Source of the DNA: Gemmatimonadota bacterium
GTDB taxonomy: Bacteria > Gemmatimonadota > Gemmatimonadetes > Gemmatimonadales > GWC2-71-9
Length of the DNA: 37,579 bases
Assembly: GCA_036679645.1 (NCBI GenBank)
Contig: JAZDCY010000030.1
Location: 1-37,579 of the forward strand
Reading direction: 5' to 3'
Part shown: in pieces, positions 27,734-35,311 of the stretch
Position numbering within the stretch: position 1 is the first letter of the stretch
How the letters are laid out: every line of letters begins with the position of its first letter
Notes under the pieces: generated by a model
What the model saw: the letters and a program-made list of their open reading frames with translations, nothing else
Database searches by the model: none
Told to the model about the DNA's origin: nothing
Made by a program: the position numbers and the translations under genes

Positions 27734-28786
27734 TCACCGCAACCAATCGTCGAGGTGCTCCTCGATGAACCGATCGTCACGCAGTTGGGGGTAAATGGCC
27801 CACACTTGGTCGATCGCTTCGGACTGACCAGGTGAGAGGGTGGCGCTCTCATCCAGACACCACGTCCCCTCGAGCAGGCCTTGGCGGCGCAGCACCTCGT
27901 GGATGCCCGGAATACAGCCGGCGAAGCGGTGCCGCGGATCGAACACCGCGGCGTTGGCGTCGGTGACCTGGGCTGCCGTCACGAGAAGCTCCGCGGGGAT
28001 GGGACCGCCGGTTCGTGCAACGCGGCGGCACTCCGCGTGCTGCTCTACTGCGCGTCGGGTCCAGATTGCCCAGTGGCCCAGCAGACCACCCACGATCCGT
28101 AGCGGTGCGCCCGCTGCCCGCAGGTCGAATGGGGTGAGCAGGTCTAGCAGGATGTGGTCGTCGTTGCCGGTATAGAGGGCTATGTCATCCGCACGGCCCG
28201 ATCCGGCGACAGCGCGTACCACGTCCAGCGTGTCATACCGGTTGAAGGGGGCAATTTTGATCGCCACGACGTTTTCGATCTCGACGAGACCTCGCCAGAA
28301 TGCCGCACCGAGCGGCCGGCCACCGGCGGCAATCTGGAGATAAAAGGCACAGACCGGCATGACGGACGCCACGGCGCGGATGTGGTCGATCAGAGCGGCC
28401 GTGGTCGCGTCGGGCACGGCGCCCAGCCTCACCAGGGCGAGGTCGTAGCCGAGCCGAACCGCGGCCTCGGCTTCCTTCACCGCCTGTGCCAAGGGGCCGG
28501 TGACACCGGCTACCCTGATGAGCTGTGCGGCACCCGCGTCCTCGAGCGAGTCCAGTGTCTCGCCGGCCAACTGCAGCACCGGCTCGTACATGCCCGTTTG
28601 GCGGATCTCGAATTGTGTAGTGTGCACGCCGACAGCGATGCCGCCGGCGCCCGCGGCGGCGTAGTACCGTGTCAGGGCGCGCTGCCGTCGCTCGTCGAGT
28701 GTGCGGTTGGCGGTCAGCGCGAGCGGGTGCGCGGGGATCACGACGCCGCCGGCGAGTAGCGCTCTCCAGCTGGTGCCCCTCTTCAC
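27734..28786 (-). CDS. Dihydrodipicolinate synthase-like (class I aldolase) family protein
   Basis: VIPAHPLAL, GVHTTQF, FYLQ, AIKIAPF (Schiff-base Lys), LYTGNDD; GTG 2 nt after the upstream stop. Confidence 0.85.
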   Translation of the reverse strand: MKRGTSWRALLAGGVVIPAHPLALTANRTLDERRQRALTRYYAAAGAGGIAVGVHTTQFEIRQTGMYEPVLQLAGETLDSLEDAGAAQLIRVAGVTGPLAQAVKEAEAAVRLGYDLALVRLGAVPDATTAALIDHIRAVASVMPVCAFYLQIAAGGRPLGAAFWRGLVEIENVVAIKIAPFNRYDTLDVVRAVAGSGRADDIALYTGNDDHILLDLLTPFDLRAAGAPLRIVGGLLGHWAIWTRRAVEQHAECRRVARTGGPIPAELLVTAAQVTDANAAVFDPRHRFAGCIPGIHEVLRRQGLLEGTWCLDESATLSPGQSEAIDQVWAIYPQLRDDRFIEEHLDDWLR

Positions 28787-28788
28787 CG

Positions 28789-29817
28789 CTAGAAGAGGCC
28801 CTCCCGCTCCTCGAAGTGCGTGGGCCTGCCGAGTGACCGTCCGCCAATCCGCACCCATTCCGCAACCCACTCGATCATGTTGTCGGTCGAGACCGAAGCC
28901 AGACCGAACAACTCATGGCATCGGGTGGCGTCGCTCAGCAGGGCCGTCGCGCGCTCGCGGCCTTCCAGCTGCGCCGTGACGCCGAATAGGTCGGCGAACC
29001 GGCGTGCGACATCGCGCACGCGCAGTTGGTCGATACCGGTCACGTTGAGCATCAGAGGCGGAGACGTCGCATGCTCGAGGGCGCGGAGAGCAATGGCGTT
29101 TGCGTCCCGCTGCCATATGACGTTGACGTATCCCATGCGCAGGTCGATCGGCTGTTCGGCCACGACGCGGTCGGCGATGTCGCGCAGCACACCGTAGCGC
29201 AGCTCGACGGCGTAGTTGAGGCGCAAGATCGCCATCGGCGTGTCGTGCCGCTGGGAGTGGTGCTCTAGGATGCGCTCCCGTCCCAGTGCCGACATTGCGT
29301 ATTCGCCTACGGGGCCGGTCATATCGTCTTCCGTGGGTCCGGGTCGATCGACGGGCCAGAGGGGATAGACGTTACCGGTTGAGAACGCGACTATTCGCGA
29401 CGTCCTGTACCGGTACGCCACGGTGGCGGGAACGAGCACGTTGGTGGCCCACGTTGCGATGTGCCGGGCATCCGTTCCGAACTTTTGCCCGGCCATCAGT
29501 ACTACATTCTCGACCTCCGGTAGTTTGGCGACGGCAGCGCAGTCGCTGAGATCGCAGGGGATCGTCCCGATCCCCTCCCGCTCGAGCGCCTCTCTGGCGG
29601 CCGGATCGGCGAAGCGGGCGACGCCGAGGATCTCTCGTTGCCGCCCGGCTTCCTCGGAGGCCCTGTGCGCGAGACGTGCCAGGCTCGGCCCCATCTTTCC
29701 GGACACACCGAGAACGATGATGTCGCCCTCCAATCGGCGCATCGCATCGATCTCAGCCGGCAGAGGGCGGGAGAGCAGCTCGTCGAGCGCAGCCTCCGGG
29801 GCGTGTGGGTCGGTCAT
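28789..29817 (-). CDS. NAD-dependent epimerase/dehydratase
   Basis: LGVSGKMG Rossmann motif, MAGQKFG, FSTGNVY, YAMSALGRE, RLNYA. Confidence 0.85.
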   Translation of the reverse strand: MTDPHAPEAALDELLSRPLPAEIDAMRRLEGDIIVLGVSGKMGPSLARLAHRASEEAGRQREILGVARFADPAAREALEREGIGTIPCDLSDCAAVAKLPEVENVVLMAGQKFGTDARHIATWATNVLVPATVAYRYRTSRIVAFSTGNVYPLWPVDRPGPTEDDMTGPVGEYAMSALGRERILEHHSQRHDTPMAILRLNYAVELRYGVLRDIADRVVAEQPIDLRMGYVNVIWQRDANAIALRALEHATSPPLMLNVTGIDQLRVRDVARRFADLFGVTAQLEGRERATALLSDATRCHELFGLASVSTDNMIEWVAEWVRIGGRSLGRPTHFEEREGLF

Positions 29818-29951
29818 GACAGCAAAGGATGGGGTCCCTCGGCCCACTGCTCGAGCTTGTCGTTGGCGATCACGGCGATTGCGAGGTGACTTGCGATCTG
29901 GTGTCGCGGCATGATAAATCCTAGACCAACAGTCCAAACGACGGAGGGGTG

Positions 29952-30143
29952 ATGGCAGAACACTCGCTTGATCCGGTGCGCGCGGCGCTCCGGGGATTCG
30001 AAGGGGCCGTGCGGGAAGCCGAGGGCGGGTTCATCAAGAACAGTGTGATGGAGCGGCAAAAGGTCGATCGCGCCCGCGAGCGCCTCATGGAGTCCATCAT
30101 GGAGTTGGTGCGGGCGACGCTAAATGAGAAGGGGGTCTCCTAG
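29952..30143 (+). CDS. Small helical hypothetical protein (63 aa)
   Basis: Strong GGAGGGG SD; fills the gap between the epimerase and infA. Confidence 0.6.
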   Translation: MAEHSLDPVRAALRGFEGAVREAEGGFIKNSVMERQKVDRARERLMESIMELVRATLNEKGVS

Positions 30144-30361
30144 TTTTTGTGCCGGAAGGTGATGCGCCCGCGGCTGAGATCGTAGGGAGAAACTTCCACG
30201 CTGACGCGGTCGCCCGCCAGGACGCGAATGCGGAAACGGCGCATCTTCCCGGCGATTGTGGCCAGAACGGTGTGGCCGTTTTCCAGTTCCACCCGGAACG
30301 TGGCGTTCGGCAGTACCTCCATCACGGTCCCTTCGAGAACGATCGCTTCTTCTTTGGCCAT
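30140..30361 (-). CDS. infA: Translation initiation factor IF-1
   Basis: [48 protein letters not shown]. Confidence 0.98.
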   Translation of the reverse strand: MAKEEAIVLEGTVMEVLPNATFRVELENGHTVLATIAGKMRRFRIRVLAGDRVSVEVSPYDLSRGRITFRHKN

Positions 30362-30376
30362 ACAGAAACGGGCCTA

Positions 30377-30405
30377 ACGCTAGCGGGCCGTAGGCGTGCT
30401 GTCAA
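30377..30405 (-). promoter_or_regulatory. Sigma70-type promoter of infA
   Basis: Minus strand TTGACA-N17-TAGCGT, 15 nt before the ATG. Confidence 0.7.
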
Positions 30406-30411
30406 AGTCCG

Positions 30412-30957
30412 TCACGGGGTCGGTCTTCCGTAGTGCATGTGCACTGCCCGAGCAGACCCACCGGGTAGCAGTGTCACAATGAAGAGGTCGTCGTATTCGT
30501 TGTCCGCGATCGCCGCCACGTCGGGGACGCCCAGGGCCCGCATCACGTCTGGCGTGGTATTGCTGTGGCCCACGACGAGCACGGTCTGGCCCGCGTAGTC
30601 GGTGCGAAGGCGTGCCGCCAGGTCGCTGGCGAATGTCCTGGTAACGGGCGTCTCTGTGACTGGTAGCCCCATCTGGGCGGCCACCGGCCGACCGGTCTCA
30701 CGAGTGCGGATGAAGGGGGTGGAGAGCACCGCCTCGAACGGGAAGTCGGCCAGTACGTGCGCCAGCTGGTGCGCTCGCTCCTCGCCGGCTTGGCTCAGGC
30801 GGGGATCACGCGAGGCGTCGATTTTCTCGGCATGGCGGACGAGGACCACGGTCGTGACAGCGGGCTCACCCTGTGCAACGACAGGCGGTGCGGTGGTCAG
30901 CACCACCAGCATGCCGATCGTCCACAGAAGTCCCGGCTCTGATCTCGGCACCCGCAT
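30412..30957 (-). CDS. Exported histidine phosphatase (phosphoglycerate mutase/SixA family)
   Basis: GGGGGAG SD; signal peptide; LVRHAEK, RTRET, LVVGHSNT. Confidence 0.88.
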   Translation of the reverse strand: MRVPRSEPGLLWTIGMLVVLTTAPPVVAQGEPAVTTVVLVRHAEKIDASRDPRLSQAGEERAHQLAHVLADFPFEAVLSTPFIRTRETGRPVAAQMGLPVTETPVTRTFASDLAARLRTDYAGQTVLVVGHSNTTPDVMRALGVPDVAAIADNEYDDLFIVTLLPGGSARAVHMHYGRPTP

Positions 30958-30972
30958 TACTCCCCCTTTGGC

Positions 30973-31074
30973 GTGCGTCTGAGCGTCTGAGCGTCTGAGC
31001 GTCTGAGCGTCTGTGCGTCTGTGCGTCTGAGCACCTGAGCACCTGAGCACCTGAGCGTCTGTGCGTCTGTGCGT
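30973..31074. repeat. Second array of the same 8-bp unit: 12 full units (30979-31074) plus one partial
   Basis: Units are CTGAGCGT, CTGTGCGT and CTGAGCAC; abuts the rhomboid stop codon. Confidence 0.97.
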
Positions 31075-31075
31075 C

Positions 31076-31876
31076 TCAATGAGTAGTGCTGAAGCGATCC
31101 AGAAATCCGCGTTCCTTGGCGTTGAGGCTGGCGACCCCGGATGCGGAGATCTTGTCGAGAATCCGATCCAGCTCCTCACGATTCAAGGGGTGCATCTCGT
31201 CGCCGTCGATCTTCTTCCAACGGTCACGCGGATCGACGAACGGCAGCGGCTTGAGGTTGGGCTGTGCGCGCCGTTTGAAGCGAGCCGCGGGGGAGAAGTA
31301 GTCCCCGAACCTGAGAAAGAGAAAAGCGCCGACGAAGCCGCCCAGGTGCGCGAAGTGAGCGATGCCCTGGCCGCCGAAGCCCAGACTGCCCCAGAACGCG
31401 AGCGCGGTTACCCCGATGACCAGCACCCTCGCCGGGACGGGGATCACAAAAAACAAGAGAATCTGCGCCCGGGGAAAGTAGTGCGCGAACGCCCACATCA
31501 CGCCGAAGATCGCGCCAGATGCACCCACGATCGCCGCAGACGGCGTGAAGATCGACAGCGCCGCGCCTCCGAGGCCGCTCACGAGGTACAGCTGGATGAA
31601 CCTGCGCCCGCCCATTCGTTCCTCGACCCGTGGGCCAAAGAAGAACAGCATCAGCATATTGAAGAAGATGTGTCCGAACCCCGCGTGCAGGAACATGTAG
31701 GTGAACGGGGTCCACGGCGTCTTCCACACGGTTGCGGGCACTAGCCGGGTGTACCGGAAGATCACATTGCCGATAGGGTACGGGAACTCCGAGAAACTCG
31801 GGTGGAGACTATAGGTCACCAGAAACACGATCGCGTTCGCGAGCAGGAGCCGCTTCACCCAGGGTGTCAGGAACAT
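31076..31876 (-). CDS. Rhomboid family intramembrane serine protease with a C-terminal soluble (DUF6576-like) domain
   Basis: TYMFLH..HIFFNM, GASG, AHLGG; ELDRILDKIS..G..SL...E. Confidence 0.92.
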   Translation of the reverse strand: MFLTPWVKRLLLANAIVFLVTYSLHPSFSEFPYPIGNVIFRYTRLVPATVWKTPWTPFTYMFLHAGFGHIFFNMLMLFFFGPRVEERMGGRRFIQLYLVSGLGGAALSIFTPSAAIVGASGAIFGVMWAFAHYFPRAQILLFFVIPVPARVLVIGVTALAFWGSLGFGGQGIAHFAHLGGFVGAFLFLRFGDYFSPAARFKRRAQPNLKPLPFVDPRDRWKKIDGDEMHPLNREELDRILDKISASGVASLNAKERGFLDRFSTTH

Positions 31877-31943
31877 CTCATCTCCACCAACGTGCGCATA
31901 CCCCTTTCAGGTTTCGGAAGGACTCCGCGAGTAAGGAGGTCCC

Positions 31944-32918
31944 TCAGGGGACTACCGCTCTCCCTACCGTATTCGCATCCGTGCCAAACCAGATGGATCG
32001 GGTGGCTGCGTGAAAATACATGTGTCGTACGCTTCCCGCGCCGCTCTCGATGGGCGTCACGCCAAAAAACGCCTCGCTAGCGGGGTCGAACCCGACGAGT
32101 CGGTTGGGTCGTGGTCCCGTCTCGACCAACCAGATCCGGCCGCGATCGTCGAGCGCCATCCCGTAGGGGAGGGCGCCACGGCCCGACGGCAGTGGCCACT
32201 CCTCGAATGATCCGTCCTCGGGATCGTAGCGGCCCAGGTATCCACCGCTATAATCCCCGTACCACACCCGGCCATCTGAGGTTACGACAACCCGACGGGG
32301 TCGCGCGTCATCGCGTGGAAGCAGGATTTCGCGCAATTCCATCGTCGCCGGATCCACGGTGGCGAGCTTGTTTGTACCGAACAGCACTATCCACGGCCGC
32401 CCGTCATGCACAACGATGCCATAGGGACGCGCGCGAGGCGTGGGAACCGACACGACGCGAATCTCGTGAGAGGTCATATTCAATACACCCACGTAGTTAC
32501 TCTGCTGTGCCGTAAACCAGATGTTCCCGCGACCGTCGAACACCAGCGTATGGGGGTCGGTAACCTCGTCCGGCGTGGCGATCTTGGTGATCTCTCCCGT
32601 TTCGGGATCAAGCAGCCCAATGTGTTGGGCGCGGTTCCCAGCGTACCACACCATGCCGTCGGCATCGACGATGAGATTGTGTGGTCCGGTCCCGTCGTCG
32701 AGATCGAATCGCTGAAAGACGCCCGATTCCGGATCGAGGGCAGCGAGATAGTGTGTACGTTGGCCCACGAACCACACGCGGCCATCGGGCGCGACGTAGG
32801 GGTCACGCGGTCGACTCTGCGCCCACGGTACCGTCCACTCCCGTACGTCGACCTGTCCGGGTGACGGGGACGCGGCAAGCGCGGTAACCGCAAGGGCGGT
32901 GAGCGTTTGGCGGATCAT
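31944..32918 (-). CDS. Virginiamycin B lyase (Vgb)-like exported beta-propeller
   Basis: Signal peptide; repeated P.....DG.VW units (RPRDP, GPHNL, DPHTL, RPYGI); GGAG SD. Confidence 0.8.
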   Translation of the reverse strand: MIRQTLTALAVTALAASPSPGQVDVREWTVPWAQSRPRDPYVAPDGRVWFVGQRTHYLAALDPESGVFQRFDLDDGTGPHNLIVDADGMVWYAGNRAQHIGLLDPETGEITKIATPDEVTDPHTLVFDGRGNIWFTAQQSNYVGVLNMTSHEIRVVSVPTPRARPYGIVVHDGRPWIVLFGTNKLATVDPATMELREILLPRDDARPRRVVVTSDGRVWYGDYSGGYLGRYDPEDGSFEEWPLPSGRGALPYGMALDDRGRIWLVETGPRPNRLVGFDPASEAFFGVTPIESGAGSVRHMYFHAATRSIWFGTDANTVGRAVVP

Positions 32919-32982
32919 TGAGTGCGCTCCTGGTACGGACGGTGGACGCGTAAGATGTCCGGTAGGCCCCGGTGCCGCCAAC

Positions 32983-33375
32983 TCACTCTGCCCGTTCGGC
33001 TATCGCCACGATAGCGATTCCCCCGCGGACGTTCTGGTTGACTTGCACGCGTAGTTGCCTCGGGGCTATGGCGTACACGATGTCGTCCGCGATCCTCGAG
33101 GCGAGACTCTCGCAGAACGCTCCCTCGTCTCGAAATGACCACAGGTAGTATTTCACGGACCGCGATTCGAGGCATCGAAGTGCCGGCTCGTACTCGATAA
33201 CCACGCTGCCGAAATCGGGTTGGCCGGTGTGCGGGCAGATCGAAGAAAACTCGGTCGCGTCGAGCGTTATGCGCTGTACGTTCGGCGCGGGAAACGATGC
33301 GTCCTTCAGCGCCTCCCGGGCCTCATCTGGGTTCTCCGGGCGCGGGAGTGGGCCCGATGTCGGCAGTTTGTTCAT
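32983..33375 (-). CDS. queF: preQ1 synthase (NADPH-dependent preQ0 reductase), unimodular type I
   Basis: EFSSICPHTGQPDFG (catalytic Cys/Asp), ESRSVKYY QueF motif, RGGI; next to queC/queE. Confidence 0.9.
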   Translation of the reverse strand: MNKLPTSGPLPRPENPDEAREALKDASFPAPNVQRITLDATEFSSICPHTGQPDFGSVVIEYEPALRCLESRSVKYYLWSFRDEGAFCESLASRIADDIVYAIAPRQLRVQVNQNVRGGIAIVAIAERAE

Positions 33376-33430
33376 GCCCTATTCTAGCCGCCCCGCGTGA
33401 CAGTTGTCACGACTCTCTCTAGCTTTGGTC
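33376..33430. promoter_or_regulatory. Overlapping divergent promoters of queF and queC centred on the palindrome CGTGACA-GT-TGTCACG
   Basis: Plus: GTGACA-N17-TAGCTT-N5-ATG; minus: GTGACA-N18-TAGAAT-N5-ATG. Confidence 0.65.
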
Positions 33431-34129
33431 ATGGCCGAACCCGGGGTCGCGAAGGCGGTTGTGCTACTGAGTGGAGGTGTTGACTCGAGTACGACACTGG
33501 CGATTGCCAAACGGGAAGGCTTCCAGCCGTACGCGCTAACGGTGTTCTATGGGCAGCGTAATGCGGTGGAACTGGAAGCGGCGCGCGAGGTTGCCGGATC
33601 AATGGGCGTCGCGCAGCACAACGTGGTGAAGGTCGATCTCCGGTCGATTGGCGGTTCGGCGCTTACGGCCGCCATTCCAGTCCCGAAAAACCGGAGCGAT
33701 GACGAAATAGGGCACGGCGTCCCGGTCACCTACGTTCCCGCGCGTAATATGGTTCTGTTGAGCATCGCACTGGCCTGGGCGGAAGTACTCGGCGCGTACG
33801 ATATCTTCATTGGCGTGAACGCGCTTGACTACAGCGGTTACCCGGACTGCCGACCCGAATTCACCGAAGCATTCGAAGCGCTGGCCAACGTGGCGACCAA
33901 GACGGGCGTTGAAGGGCGCAGAAGGTTCAAAATCCACACACCGCTCATCAGGATGTCCAAGAAAGAGATCCTCGAGGTTGGCTCGAGCCTCGGGGTGGAC
34001 TACGGGCTCACGATCAGTTGCTACGATCCGGACGACGAACGAAGGGCATGTGGCTTGTGTGATGCCTGCCGGCTTCGGTTGAACGCCTTTGCGGCACTTG
34101 GCATGTCCGATCCGGGGAAGTACCGCTAG
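33431..34129 (+). CDS. queC: 7-cyano-7-deazaguanine synthase
   Basis: [36 protein letters not shown]. Confidence 0.97.
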   Translation: MAEPGVAKAVVLLSGGVDSSTTLAIAKREGFQPYALTVFYGQRNAVELEAAREVAGSMGVAQHNVVKVDLRSIGGSALTAAIPVPKNRSDDEIGHGVPVTYVPARNMVLLSIALAWAEVLGAYDIFIGVNALDYSGYPDCRPEFTEAFEALANVATKTGVEGRRRFKIHTPLIRMSKKEILEVGSSLGVDYGLTISCYDPDDERRACGLCDACRLRLNAFAALGMSDPGKYR

Positions 34130-34145
34130 CCGGCGGGCGTGTACC

Positions 34146-34781
34146 GTGACGTACTCTGTCAAGGAGATCTACCACACGCTCCAAGGGGAGGGGTATCGCA
34201 GCGGTCGATCGGCAGTCCTTCTCCGGTTTGCGGGTTGCAATCTCTGGTCCGGGAGGGAAGGCGACCGCGCGACCGCGACTTGCGGCTTCTGCGACACGGA
34301 CTTCGTTGGGACTGACGGTGTGGGCGGTGGATCGTTCCGCGGGGCCGCCGCCCTCGCCGACGCGGTAGCCGCGGCGTGGCCGACGTGCGAAACAGCGCAA
34401 CGATACGTCGTATGTACTGGGGGCGAGCCACTCCTGCAGCTTGACGAGGAGCTCATCGCATCGTTGCACGACCTCGGGTTCGAAGTGGGGGTCGAGACGA
34501 ACGGTACCATCGAGGCCCCGGCCGGCATCGACTGGATCTGTGTGAGCCCAAAGGCAGGCGCACCCGTGGTAGTTACGCGCGGCGACGAGCTGAAACTGGT
34601 ATTCCCTCAGGAGGGAGCCGAGCCGGCCTGTTATGTCGGCCGGGACTTCGCGCACTTCTATCTCCAGCCTATGGACGGCCCGGATCGCGATTTCTTTACA
34701 CAGTTGGCGTGTGAGTACGCGGAGCGTCACCCAGAGTGGAAGGTGAGTATCCAGACACACAAAGTTTTTGGAGTTCCCTGA
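34146..34781 (+). CDS. queE: 7-carboxy-7-deazaguanine synthase (radical SAM, CX14CX2C type)
   Basis: TLQGEG, RFAGCNLWSG..CGFCDTDF, TGGEP, ETNG, SPK, QTHK. Confidence 0.96.
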   Translation: MTYSVKEIYHTLQGEGYRSGRSAVLLRFAGCNLWSGREGDRATATCGFCDTDFVGTDGVGGGSFRGAAALADAVAAAWPTCETAQRYVVCTGGEPLLQLDEELIASLHDLGFEVGVETNGTIEAPAGIDWICVSPKAGAPVVVTRGDELKLVFPQEGAEPACYVGRDFAHFYLQPMDGPDRDFFTQLACEYAERHPEWKVSIQTHKVFGVP

Positions 34782-34793
34782 CGGAGAGAGATT

Positions 34794-35308
34794 TCAACCT
34801 GCTAGTGATTGGATGGTGCTATAGCGAAAACACTGGATCAGGTGATCGTTGACCATGCCTGCCGCCTGCATGAACGCGTAGCAGATGGTCGAACCGACGA
34901 ACGAGAAGCCTCGCCCTTTCAGGTCCTTACTCATGGCATCTGATTCTTTCGAGGTGGCAGGAACCCGTTTCATGGTGCGCCAGCGATTCTGCTTTGGTAC
35001 GCCGCCGACGAATTGCCAGATGTAGGCATCGAAAGAACCGGCCGCGGTCTGGATAGTGAGAAACGCACGTGCGTTGCGAATGGTCGCCTCGATTTTCTGC
35101 CGATTCCGAACGATCCCTGCGTCTTTGAGGAGCCGCTCGACCGAATGGTAGACCAACTCAGACCGGCCTGGAACGCATCGAGCACCATGAACTCGAACAG
35201 GCGCCGGTCGTCGTGGATAGGCACGCCCCATTCCTCGTCGTGGTAGGCGCGCATTACGTCATCGCTGTCGGACCACTGGCAGCGGCGCAGTTCTGCGGCG
35301 CGAGGCAT
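34794..35308 (-). pseudogene. tag: DNA-3-methyladenine glycosylase I, disrupted by an internal deletion + frameshift near 35145
   Basis: RC.W..YHDEEWG..LFE..QAGLSWSTI, then in another frame VERLL.DAGIVRNR.KI..FVGSTICYAFMQA.G.VNDH...C; the L.KR..F..AF..FD segment is missing. Confidence 0.9.
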
Positions 35309-35311
35309 GGC

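Noticed and set aside
32983..34781. que genes as part of a 7-deazaguanine DNA-modification (dpd) defence system
   Set aside because: No dpdA/tgt-like or dpdB-K genes nearby; queF points to the tRNA queuosine pathway; the R-M remnant is 23 kb away.
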